From an uncultured Pseudomonadota bacterium (GTDB taxonomy: Bacteria; Pseudomonadota; Alphaproteobacteria; JACZXZ01), in the NCBI GenBank assembly GCA_963749075.1, contig CAVVLJ010000017.1, positions 32,001-96,000 on the forward strand: a DNA stretch of 64,000 nt. Direction: 5' to 3'. Shown piece after piece: positions 46,855 through 58,924 of this stretch. The first letter of the stretch is position 1. The number at the start of each line of letters is the position of its first letter. Both the position numbers and the translations under genes were made by a program. The notes beneath the pieces were generated by a model, which searched no databases, was not told where the DNA came from, and saw only the letters and a program-made list of their open reading frames with translations.

Positions 46855-47076
46855 TCAGTGCTTGCCCCGTTCGAGGAGGGCGGCGATCCTCGGCGGAACC
46901 GGCTCCCCGGCGAGGGACTCGTGGAGCGCCCGCAGGCCGGCTATGAGCGCATCGCCTTGGCGCTTGCGCCTTCGGCGAGCGCCGGGCTCGCCGTCTTCCG
47001 GTCCGGTGGCGCGGGCCGGGCCGGCACGGCCACCCGCGAAAAGACGCGCACCCTCGAGCCGCTTCTAAATGACCAT
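46855..47076 (-). pseudogene. NepR-like anti-sigma domain ORF interrupted by TAG at codon 4
   Basis: ATG GTC ATT TAG AAG..., then open to LIAGLRALHESLAGEPVPPRIAALLERGKH*. Confidence 0.5.
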
Positions 47077-47312
47077 GCCCACCCGAGGCTTCCCTCTTGG
47101 CGCCGGGAGGGGTCGGCGCCGGACCGGCGTTCGTTCGCCGGCGTCAGTTCGGCAGCCGCCGTCGCTCGCCCTCCTGCGCGAGGCGCGCCGCCCACCGCCG
47201 CCGCCGTCGCGCCCGCGCCATCTCCGCAGTCTCGGCCGCTTTCGAGACTTGCCCTCCGCCTATGCGCACCGTAGTTTGCGGCAGCGCCAGCAGAGCCGCG
47301 AGGGAAGAGACG

Positions 47313-47909
47313 ATGGACATGTCGGGCGAGTATCGCATCGCGGCACCGCGAGAGCGCGTGTGGGCGGCGCTCAACGATGCCGAGATCCTCAAGCAATGCA
47401 TTCCGGGCTGCGAGACGATCGAGAAGCTGTCGCCCACCGAGTTCACCGCCAAGGTCGTGGCCAAGGTGGGGCCGGTCAAGGCATCCTTCACGGGCGCCGT
47501 GACGCTTTCGGACCTCGTGCCGCCCGAGCACTACAAGATCAGCGGCGAGGGCAAGGGCGGTCCGGCCGGCTTCGCCAAGGGCGGTGCCGAGGTCAACCTC
47601 GAGGAGGCAGGGGCGGAAACCGTGCTGCGCTACCGCGTGCAGGCCAACGTCGGCGGCAAACTCGCCCAGATCGGCTCGCGCCTCATCGACGGCACGGCAA
47701 AGAAGCTCTCCGAGGAGTTCTTCGGCAAGTTCGCCCAGGTGGTGGGCGCCGCGAACGCGCCTCAAGCGGCGGCGGCGGCACCGCCGCTTGCGGCCGAGCC
47801 GGCTGAACGGCCGGGTGCTCCCACATCCGCCGCGGGCCTTCCGCCGATCGTCTGGATTGCCGGCGTCATCGTCATCGTCATAGCCCTCCTCGCCATCTTC
47901 GTGCTCTGA
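47313..47909 (+). CDS. coxG: CoxG (SRPBCC) membrane-anchored accessory protein
   Basis: VWAALND..LKQCIPGC, KVGPVKASF, VGGKLAQIGSRLID, C-terminal TM helix. Confidence 0.92.
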   Translation: MDMSGEYRIAAPRERVWAALNDAEILKQCIPGCETIEKLSPTEFTAKVVAKVGPVKASFTGAVTLSDLVPPEHYKISGEGKGGPAGFAKGGAEVNLEEAGAETVLRYRVQANVGGKLAQIGSRLIDGTAKKLSEEFFGKFAQVVGAANAPQAAAAAPPLAAEPAERPGAPTSAAGLPPIVWIAGVIVIVIALLAIFVL

Positions 47910-48047
47910 GGAAAGCCCGGGAAATTCGAGCGGACTCCGCCACCCTACGGCTTGACGGCGCGGCACCCGGCGGACCACACTAGGGTCAAATTCTCGGGGA
48001 CCCGTTTTGCGCGGGCCGCCCGTGTCGCAAAGCTTCAGGGAGGAATC

Positions 48048-48524
48048 ATGACCGCTGTCACGGTTTCCATGACGGTGAACGGCAAGCCCGTCACGGCGTC
48101 GGTCGAGGCGCGCACCTTGCTGGTTCAGCTGCTGCGCGAGAAACTCTCGCTTACCGGCACCCACGTGGGCTGCGATACCAGCCAGTGCGGCGCCTGCGTC
48201 GTCCAAGTGGACGGCCGCTCGGTCAAGAGCTGCACGCTCCTCGCGGTCCAGGCCGACGGCGCCAAAGTCACCACCATCGAGGGCCTCGCCAAGGACGGCA
48301 AGCTCCACCCCATGCAGGAAGCCTTCCGCGAGAACCACGGGCTGCAGTGCGGCTTCTGCACGCCCGGCATGGTGATGAGCGCCGTCGATCTCGTGCAGCA
48401 CAACGCCGACCCGAGCGAGCGCGAGGTGCGCGAATGGCTCGAGGGCAACATCTGCCGCTGCACGGGCTACCACAACATCGTCAAGGCCATCCGCGCTGGT
48501 GCGGCGGCCATGAAGGGGGCGTGA
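48048..48524 (+). CDS. coxS: Mo-hydroxylase small [2Fe-2S] subunit
   Basis: [30 protein letters not shown]. Confidence 0.95.
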   Translation: MTAVTVSMTVNGKPVTASVEARTLLVQLLREKLSLTGTHVGCDTSQCGACVVQVDGRSVKSCTLLAVQADGAKVTTIEGLAKDGKLHPMQEAFRENHGLQCGFCTPGMVMSAVDLVQHNADPSEREVREWLEGNICRCTGYHNIVKAIRAGAAAMKGA

Positions 48525-48525
48525 C

Positions 48526-50903
<2,378 letters not shown>

Positions 50904-50917
50904 GGGAGAGTGGAACG

Positions 50918-51712
50918 ATGTACGACTTCAATTATCACCGGCCGAAAAGCCTGAGCGATGCCGCCAAGCTGCTCGGCGGCAGCGAGGACCCCAAGCTCGT
51001 GGCAGGCGGCATGACCCTCATCCCGACGCTCAAGCAGCGCCTGGCGCGGCCCTCCGATCTCGTCGACCTCGACGCGATCGGCGAGCTCAAGGGTATTAAG
51101 CGCGAGGGCAATGCCATCGTCATCGGCGCCATGACGCGCCATGCGGACGTGGCAGCTTCGGCCGAGGTCAAGAAGGCGATCCCGGCGCTCGCGGATCTCG
51201 CCGACGGCATTGGCGACCCGCAGGTGCGCAACCGCGGCACTATCGGCGGCTCGGTAGCCAACGCCGATCCTGCCGCCGATTATCCCGCCGCCGTGGTCGG
51301 CCTCGGCGCCACGGTCGTCACCAACAAGCGCAAGATCGCGGCCGACGATTTCTTCAAGGGCCTCTTCGAGACGGCGCTCGAGGCGAGCGAGATCGTGACC
51401 GCCGTGAGCTTCCCGGTGCCGGAGAAGGCGGCCTACGTCAAGTTCCCCAATCCCGCCTCGCGCTATGCCATCGTGGGCGTGCTCGTCGCCAAGACCTCGG
51501 GCGGCGTGCGCGTCGCCGTGACCGGCGCCGGCCCGTCCGTGTTCCGCCTCAAGGCGGCGGAGGAGGCGCTGGCCAAGAGCTGGTCTCCGGCGGCGCTCGA
51601 CGGCATCAAGGTGCCCGAGGACGGCCTCAACTCCGACATCCATGCGAGTGCGGAATACCGCGCCCACCTCGTGGGCGTGATGGCCAAGCGCGCGGTGCAA
51701 GCCGCCGGCTGA
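50918..51712 (+). CDS. coxM: Mo-hydroxylase FAD subunit
   Basis: MYDFNYHRP, AGGMTLIP, VRNRGTIGGS, DPAAD, DIHASAEYR. Confidence 0.93.
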   Translation: MYDFNYHRPKSLSDAAKLLGGSEDPKLVAGGMTLIPTLKQRLARPSDLVDLDAIGELKGIKREGNAIVIGAMTRHADVAASAEVKKAIPALADLADGIGDPQVRNRGTIGGSVANADPAADYPAAVVGLGATVVTNKRKIAADDFFKGLFETALEASEIVTAVSFPVPEKAAYVKFPNPASRYAIVGVLVAKTSGGVRVAVTGAGPSVFRLKAAEEALAKSWSPAALDGIKVPEDGLNSDIHASAEYRAHLVGVMAKRAVQAAG

Positions 51713-51837
51713 ATGCCGCCGCCATTCTTTGCGAAAGCGGAGGGGCCTTGCGAGAGCGGAGGGGCTTGCCGCGCGGCACCCCTCCGCCCCATTTTTGGGG
51801 GGTGCCATCGCGCGATGCCGAGACAAAGAAGCCGACC

Positions 51838-52779
<942 letters not shown>

Positions 52780-52795
52780 GGGAGTGTCGAGCGAG

Positions 52796-52940
52796 CAATC
52801 CCTCACCCTCCCATGGCCTTCGGCCATGGGCCCCTCCCTCTCCCGTAAACGGGAGAGGGTGTGTCCGGCAATGTCGTCCCCTCTCCCGCTTGCGGGAGAG
52901 GGAGGGACCCATTGCGTAGCAATGGGAGGGTGAGGGATTG
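52796..52940. repeat. 145-bp palindromic REP-like element at the coxE start
   Basis: 19-bp terminal IR CAATCCCTCACCCTCCCAT / ATGGGAGGGTGAGGGATTG with internal CCCTCTCCCG..CGGGAGAGGG hairpins. Confidence 0.88.
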
Positions 52941-54167
52941 GGCAACGCCGTAAGCGGCAAGCTCGTCGCCAACCTGATGCATTTCGCGCGCGTGCTGCGC
53001 CGCGCGGGGCTGCCCATCGGGCCCGGCAAGGTGCTCGACGCGGTGGACGCGGTGCGCGCCGTCGGCATCGAGAGCCGCGACGACCTCTATTGGACGCTCC
53101 ACGCCGTGCTGGTGAACCGGCGCGACCAGAAGGAGCTCTTCGACCAGGCCTTCCACGTCTTCTGGCGCAATCCCAAGCTGCTCGAGCGCATGATGGCGTT
53201 GCTGCTCCCCGCCGTGCGCCGGCCGGAGAACGAGACGCCCGAGGAGCCGCTCAGCCGGCGCCTCGCCGAATCTCTCGCCGCCGAATCCCGCGGCCAGGGC
53301 GCGGCGGAGGCGGAGGCGCCCGAGCCCGAGATCCTGGCCGACGCCGCCATGACCTACTCGGACCGCGAGCTCCTCCAGAAGATGGACTTCGAGGAGATGT
53401 CAGCCGAGGAGATGCGCGCCGCCAAGGCCATGCTGGCACGCCTCAGGCTTCCCATCATGACGGTTCCGACGCGCCGTTTCCGCGCCGACCCGGCGGGTGC
53501 GCGCATCGATATGCGCGCCAGCTTGCGCGCGAGCTTGCGCGGCGGCGGCCGCGCCATCGACCTCCGCCGCCGCAGCCGCTGCGAGCGCCACCCGCCGCTC
53601 GTGGTGCTCTGCGACATCTCGGGCTCGATGAGCCGCTATTCGCGCATGCTGCTCCACTTCCTCCATGCCCTCACCAACGACCGCGACCGCGTCCACACCT
53701 TCCTCTTCGGCACGCGGCTCACCAATATCACGCGCCATTTGCGCCAGCGCGACGTGGACGTAGCCCTCGCCCGCGTGGCAGACGCGGTCGAGGACTGGTC
53801 GGGAGGGACCCGCATCGGCGCCTCGCTCAGGGACTTCAACCGCCGCTGGTCGCGCCGCGTGCTCGGGCAGGGTGCCGTGCTCCTCTTCATCTCGGACGGC
53901 CTCGACCGCGACGCGGGCGAGGGCCTGGCCGAGGAGATGGAGCGCCTGCACAAGTCCTGCCGCCGGCTCATCTGGCTCAATCCGCTCTTGCGCTACGAGG
54001 GATTCGAGCCAAAATCCCTCGGCATGCGCGCGATCTTGCCGCATGTGGACGATTTCAGGAGCGTGCATAATCTCGAGAGTCTCTCCCAGCTCGCCGAGGC
54101 TCTCCGCGAGGCGGGGGCGCGGCGCGAGGAGGGGGTGAGCCGCTGGCTCGGAGGAAAGGCAGCATGA
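52938..54167 (+). CDS. coxE: VWA-domain protein CoxE
   Basis: FARVLRRAGL, CDISGSM, FGTRLT, WSGGTRIG, ISDGLD, WLNPL. Confidence 0.9.
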   Translation: MGNAVSGKLVANLMHFARVLRRAGLPIGPGKVLDAVDAVRAVGIESRDDLYWTLHAVLVNRRDQKELFDQAFHVFWRNPKLLERMMALLLPAVRRPENETPEEPLSRRLAESLAAESRGQGAAEAEAPEPEILADAAMTYSDRELLQKMDFEEMSAEEMRAAKAMLARLRLPIMTVPTRRFRADPAGARIDMRASLRASLRGGGRAIDLRRRSRCERHPPLVVLCDISGSMSRYSRMLLHFLHALTNDRDRVHTFLFGTRLTNITRHLRQRDVDVALARVADAVEDWSGGTRIGASLRDFNRRWSRRVLGQGAVLLFISDGLDRDAGEGLAEEMERLHKSCRRLIWLNPLLRYEGFEPKSLGMRAILPHVDDFRSVHNLESLSQLAEALREAGARREEGVSRWLGGKAA

Positions 54168-54496
54168 GCGAAGCAGAGGGCGTAGAGCACGACATCTTGA
54201 CGCTGGCCGAGCGCTGGCGCGCCGAGGGCCGCGGCGTGGCGCTCGCCACCGTGGTCAGCACCTGGGGCTCCTCGCCGCGGCCCGTGGGCAGCCAGCTCGT
54301 GGTCGACGACAAGGGCGTCATGGAGGGCTCGGTCTCGGGCGGCTGCATCGAGGGTGCTGTGGTGGGCGAGGCGATCGCCGCGATCAAGGACGGCAAGCCG
54401 CGCCTCCTCGACTTCGGCGTCAGCGACGAGACGGCCTGGGAAGTGGGCCTTGCCTGCGGCGGCAAGGTGCAGGTCTTCGTCGAGAAGGTCGAGTGA
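54164..54496 (+). CDS. XdhC/CoxI N-terminal domain protein
   Basis: ATVVSTWGSSPRPVG, GSVSGGCIE, VGLACGG. Confidence 0.9.
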   Translation: MSEAEGVEHDILTLAERWRAEGRGVALATVVSTWGSSPRPVGSQLVVDDKGVMEGSVSGGCIEGAVVGEAIAAIKDGKPRLLDFGVSDETAWEVGLACGGKVQVFVEKVE

Positions 54497-54497
54497 C

Positions 54498-55211
54498 ATG
54501 GAAGGCACCCTTCTCTCTGCCCTCCAGGCGGCGCGCGCCGAGAAGCTGCCGCTGGCGCTCGCGACCGACCTCGCCTCGGGCGAGCAGGCACTCGTCGCGC
54601 GCGGCACCGTGAGCGGCCGCCTGCCCCTCGACAAGGAAGCGCTCGCCCGCATCCTCGAGGCCATCCGCGACGACCGCAGCGTCACCATCGATTGGGCGGG
54701 TCGCCGCGTCTTCGTGCAGGTCTTCAATCCGGCACTCCGCATGTTCGTGGTGGGCGCCGTGCATATCGCCCAGGCGCTCGTTCCCATGGCGAGCATCGCC
54801 GGCTATGCGGTGACGGTGATCGATCCGCGCCGCGCCTTTGCGACCGACCGGCGCTTCCCGGGCGTCGAGCTCACCCACGAGTGGCCGGACGACGCCCTCC
54901 AGCACCGCTCCCCCGACCGGCGGACCGCCGTGGTCACGCTCACCCACGATCCCAAGATCGACGATCCGGCCCTCGTCGAAGCGCTGCGCGCCGACTGCTT
55001 CTACATCGGCTCCCTCGGCAGCGCGCGGACCCACGCCAAGCGCCTCCAGCGCCTCAGGGAGCACGGCTTCACGGACGCCGACTTCGCGCGCATTCACGGG
55101 CCCATCGGGCTTTCGATCGGCGCCAAGTCGCCGGCCGAGATCGCCGTCGCCATCCTCGCCCAGATCACCCAGGTGCTGCACGCCAAGGAGCGCGTCAAGG
55201 AGCCGGCATGA
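54498..55211 (+). CDS. XdhC Rossmann-domain protein
   Basis: GAVHIAQAL, DPRRAFAT, THDPKIDD, YIGSLGS, GPIGL.IGAKSPAEIA. Confidence 0.9.
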   Translation: MEGTLLSALQAARAEKLPLALATDLASGEQALVARGTVSGRLPLDKEALARILEAIRDDRSVTIDWAGRRVFVQVFNPALRMFVVGAVHIAQALVPMASIAGYAVTVIDPRRAFATDRRFPGVELTHEWPDDALQHRSPDRRTAVVTLTHDPKIDDPALVEALRADCFYIGSLGSARTHAKRLQRLREHGFTDADFARIHGPIGLSIGAKSPAEIAVAILAQITQVLHAKERVKEPA

Positions 55212-56860
55212 TCTTCGGCGAGCTGCCTTTGGCCGAGGCGGAGGGTGCCATCCTGGCGCACAGCCTGCGCGTGGGGAGTGCCGCCTTCAAGAAGGGCCGC
55301 AAGCTCTCGGCGGCCGACCTCGCGGCACTCGGCGCGGCCGGCTTCGGAAGCGTGGTCGCGGCGCGCATCGAGGCGGACGAGGTGGCCGAGGACAAGGCCG
55401 CGTCCGAGATCGCCGCCGCCGCCGCGGGCGCCCACGTGAGCGCGAGCCCGGCCTTCACCGGCCGCTGCAACCTCTTCGCCGAAGCGTCCGGCCCGGCGGT
55501 CATCGACCGCGCCCGCATCGATGCCCTCAATCTGGTGGACGAGGCGGCGACGATCGCGACGGTTGAGCCCTTTGCCGCGGTCGAGCCGCACCAGATGGTC
55601 GCCACCATCAAGATCATCCCCTTCGCCGTGCGCGCCGAGGTGGTGGCGCGCTGCGTGGCGATCGCAATGGCGGAGGGCCCGCTCGTGCGCGTGGCCCCCT
55701 TCCGCGCCAAGGCGGTCGGGCTCGTGCAGACGCGTCTTAAGGGCGGCAAGGAGAGCGTGCTCGACAAGACCCGCAGCGTGCTCGAGGCGCGGCTCGAGGC
55801 GCTCGGCAGCCGCCTCTTGCGCGAGGTGCGCTGCGGCCACCGCGCGGAGGAGGTCGCGGCCGCCATCGCGGAGCTGAGGTGCCACGGCGCCGACCCGGTG
55901 CTGATCTCGGGAGCCTCCGCGATCGTCGACCGCCGCGACGTGATCCCCATGGGCATCGGTGCTGCCGGCGGCGAGGTTCTGCACTTCGGCATGCCGGTCG
56001 ATCCGGGCAATCTCCTCCTCGTCGGCCGCCTCGCGGGCGGCGTGCCGGTGCTCGGCCTCCCAGGCTGCGCGCGCTCGCCCAAGTACAACGGCTTCGACTG
56101 GGTGCTCGAGCGCCTCCTCGCCGATCTGCCGGTCGCGCGCGAGGATCTGGCGCGCATGGGCGCCGGCGGGCTCCTGGCCGAGACCGCGGTGCGCGGGCTG
56201 CCGCGGGCACTCGCGACCGCCGCGGCGGAGGCTGTCGCGATGCCCACGGCACCGCGGATCGCCGCCCTCATCCTAGCTGCCGGGCTCTCGCGGCGCATGG
56301 GCAAGGCCAACAAGCTCCTGGCCGAGATCGACGGCGCCCCCATGGTGGTGCGCGCGGCGGAGAGCGTGCTCGCCTCCAAGGCGGCCCCGGTCATTGTGGT
56401 GACCGGTCACGAGGCCGAGCGCGTGCGCGCAGCCCTCGCCGGCCGCGCCCTCGCCTTCGTGCACAATCCCGATTATGCCGGCGGCCTCGCGAGCTCGCTG
56501 CGCCGCGGGCTGGCCGCACTCCCCGCCGACGCGGACGGCGTGCTCGTGGCGCTCGGCGACATGCCGCGCGTCAAGCCGGCCCAGCTCGACCGCCTCATCG
56601 CCGCCTTCAACCCCCTCGAGGGCCGCGCCATCTGCGTGCCGACCGCCCACGGCAAGCGCGGCAATCCCGTCCTCTTCGCGCGCCGCTTCTTCCCCGAGAT
56701 GGTTCGCCTCAAGGGCGACACGGGCGCCCGCCAGCTCATCGGCCAGCACCACGAGCTCGTGGCCGAGGTCGAGATGGACGACGAAGGCGTGCTCATCGAC
56801 GTCGATTCCCCCGACAAGCTCGTCAAGCTGCGCGCGGAGGGCAAGGCTGCGGCGTCGTGA
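55208..56860 (+). CDS. Molybdopterin-binding domain / MocA-like cytidylyltransferase fusion
   Basis: MPVDPGNLL, GLPGCARSPK; C-terminal ILAAGLSRRMG..NKLL, LGDMP, GNPVLF, GDTGAR. Confidence 0.88.
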   Translation: MIFGELPLAEAEGAILAHSLRVGSAAFKKGRKLSAADLAALGAAGFGSVVAARIEADEVAEDKAASEIAAAAAGAHVSASPAFTGRCNLFAEASGPAVIDRARIDALNLVDEAATIATVEPFAAVEPHQMVATIKIIPFAVRAEVVARCVAIAMAEGPLVRVAPFRAKAVGLVQTRLKGGKESVLDKTRSVLEARLEALGSRLLREVRCGHRAEEVAAAIAELRCHGADPVLISGASAIVDRRDVIPMGIGAAGGEVLHFGMPVDPGNLLLVGRLAGGVPVLGLPGCARSPKYNGFDWVLERLLADLPVAREDLARMGAGGLLAETAVRGLPRALATAAAEAVAMPTAPRIAALILAAGLSRRMGKANKLLAEIDGAPMVVRAAESVLASKAAPVIVVTGHEAERVRAALAGRALAFVHNPDYAGGLASSLRRGLAALPADADGVLVALGDMPRVKPAQLDRLIAAFNPLEGRAICVPTAHGKRGNPVLFARRFFPEMVRLKGDTGARQLIGQHHELVAEVEMDDEGVLIDVDSPDKLVKLRAEGKAAAS

Positions 56861-56930
56861 GCGCGGCTCTCACGCTGAGAGCGGGCGGCGGACAGTCCCA
56901 AAGCGGAGCCCTGCCCTAGGCCTGGGGCGC

Positions 56931-57449
56931 TCAGGCGGCGAGCTCGTGGACGTGGACGTCGTGGGCCGAGTGGCCCCTCAAAGTATCGAGCGCCGTCCTC
57001 TCCTGCCCGGCGTCGCGGACATTGACCCACAGCAGCAGGCCGCCGCGCGCCAGTTGCTCCTCGACGCGCCGGGCATGATGGCGGTGCATCATGCGGCCAA
57101 GCACCGCGCCGAGCGCCGCGCCGCCGCCCGCCGCGGCCAGCGTCGGCAGAGGGCCGCCGATCCCGGCGAGCGCCAGAGCGCCGATCGAGGCGAGCCCGAC
57201 GGCGAGGCCGTATTCGCCCTCCAGCCGCGACACCTTGGTGAAGAAGGTCTCGCGCGGAGCGGCAGGCTCGTCCTCCATCTCGGCGACGCGCTGGTAGCGA
57301 TGGCCAAGCTTGCGCTCGACCGTGGCCTCTTCGGCGAGCAGGCTGAAGGCGGCGCGATCGAAGCCAAGGGTCTCGAGCGCGTACACGGCCTCTTCGAGCG
57401 ACTCTGTGTCGTCGAACACGGCGACGACTTCACGGATCGTCTCGGCCAT
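56931..57449 (-). CDS. Membrane hypothetical protein (general-stress / YflT-like)
   Basis: EVVAVFD, Gly/Ala-rich TM pair, LARGGLLLWV, AHDVHVH. Confidence 0.7.
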   Translation of the reverse strand: MAETIREVVAVFDDTESLEEAVYALETLGFDRAAFSLLAEEATVERKLGHRYQRVAEMEDEPAAPRETFFTKVSRLEGEYGLAVGLASIGALALAGIGGPLPTLAAAGGGAALGAVLGRMMHRHHARRVEEQLARGGLLLWVNVRDAGQERTALDTLRGHSAHDVHVHELAA

Positions 57450-57600
57450 GGCGCGCCACCCGCTTTTTGCCGACTTCAATATAAGCATGCGGCAGCTGCG
57501 CCCGCAAAGCGTAGATGCGGATTGACCCGCTCCCGTCGAGAAGCCGCACCGGGGCTCGCAGCTAAAGCCCTACCCGATGAAGCGGAATCGGCGCTCCGGT

Positions 57601-57661
57601 CGTCACTCCCGCGAAAGCGGGAATCCATCGGCTCTGGACCCCCGCTTTCGCGGGGATGACG
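57601..57661. repeat. REP-like double hairpin
   Basis: CGTCACTCCCGCGAAAGCGGGAATCCA-tcggctc-TGGACCCCCGCTTTCGCGGGGATGACG. Confidence 0.88.
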
Positions 57662-57693
57662 GTGGAGGAGGTTGCGACTTATCGGGAAATGCC

Positions 57694-58767
57694 CTAGCCC
57701 CGGAGAAACTCGAGAAGGAGCCGTCCCACTTCCTCCGGCTGCTCCTGCTGCACCCAATGTCCGGCGCCCTCGATGAGGTGCGTGCCTCGCCACAGAGTGC
57801 AGGCGCCGCTCCGCATCCGCTCGAGCGCGCCGGGGCTCTGGTAGACCCCCCAATCGCTCTTGCCGGCGATGAAGCAGGCCGGCACGCCGATCGTGCGGCC
57901 GGCGAAGGTCTCGAGCTCGGCCGTGAATTTGCCGCCGGTGCAGCGATACCATTGCAGACCGCCCTGAAATCCGCTGCGCTCGAATTCGCCGGCGTAGACG
58001 GCGAGCTCGTCGTCGGGAAGCCACTTGCAAGCGGCGATCTCGGCCGCGGACGGCATCTCCTCTGCCACGGTCTCCGCCATGCCCTTCTCAAGATCCATGA
58101 TGTAATAGGCCGGCATCTTGGCGAGCTCGCCCGCGGTGAAGGAGGCGAGCCTGAACGGCTTGTTCCCTTTCCAGTCGGCGCTCTTGAAATGATAATAGGC
58201 GCGGAGGAACGCCTGGATGCCTTGCAGGGCCCTTCGCATATCGTCGTTCGCCTCGCGCGTGCCGTAATACCATTGGTAATGCTTGCGGGGCCGCTCCAGC
58301 TTCGCGAGCGCGGCGAAGACCTCGGCGCGCGACGGGGCCCGCGCGGCCGCCCCGGCCCCCTCCCCTGCTATATCGAACGGCAGCGGCGGCGGTCCCGCGA
58401 AGGGCGCGCTCATCAGCACGACCGAGCGGAACACGTCGGGCCGCATCAGCGCGCAATAGGCCGCAACGGGCGAGCCGAAGTCGTGTCCGACCACCCCTGC
58501 TACGGAGCGATATCCCAGTGCCGAGACGAGCCCCAGCGCATCCCTGACGAGGTTGGGCAAGCGAAACGAATCGAGGTCGCCGTCATAGGCGTCGTCCCAG
58601 CCGGTCGTACGGCCGTAGCCCCGTTGATCGGGGGCGACCACGTGATATCCCGCCGCCGCCAGCGGCAGCATGATCTTTCGCCAGCTGTACGCTAGCTCCG
58701 GGAAGCCGTGGAGCAGCAGGACGCAGGGCCGGCCCCTGGCCGCGAAACCCGCTTCCAGCACGTGCAT
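57694..58767 (-). CDS. Epoxide hydrolase-like alpha/beta hydrolase (true start probably further upstream)
   Basis: HGFP, PDQRGYG, GHDFGS, YQWYY, WYR, GHWVQQE. Confidence 0.85.
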   Translation of the reverse strand: MHVLEAGFAARGRPCVLLLHGFPELAYSWRKIMLPLAAAGYHVVAPDQRGYGRTTGWDDAYDGDLDSFRLPNLVRDALGLVSALGYRSVAGVVGHDFGSPVAAYCALMRPDVFRSVVLMSAPFAGPPPLPFDIAGEGAGAAARAPSRAEVFAALAKLERPRKHYQWYYGTREANDDMRRALQGIQAFLRAYYHFKSADWKGNKPFRLASFTAGELAKMPAYYIMDLEKGMAETVAEEMPSAAEIAACKWLPDDELAVYAGEFERSGFQGGLQWYRCTGGKFTAELETFAGRTIGVPACFIAGKSDWGVYQSPGALERMRSGACTLWRGTHLIEGAGHWVQQEQPEEVGRLLLEFLRG

Positions 58768-58924
58768 GGCAAGCCCGTTGATGCCGTCGACGATGCGGGA
58801 GCGGATGCCGGGAGGAAGCGTGGAATGACCGTAGAGAGGAAGGCCGGAGAGATGAGCGCGGACGATGGCCGCGCGCCGAGGGCCTTCGACCGGCGAAGGT
58901 GCGGCCGAGCACTCCCGCGTGGCG

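Noticed and set aside
47065-47067. Amber recoding (pyrrolysine or alternative genetic code)
   Set aside because: TAG is used as a normal stop elsewhere in the window (e.g. kup, 42432-43214) and no pyl genes are present.
47125-47152. GTTC repeats upstream of coxG and the NepR-like ORF as a LexA box
   Set aside because: Spacing is 0 and 10 nt, not 7.
54164-55211. Split xdhC as a frameshifted pseudogene
   Set aside because: Two clean ORFs with their own starts; split XdhC is common in alphaproteobacterial cox clusters.
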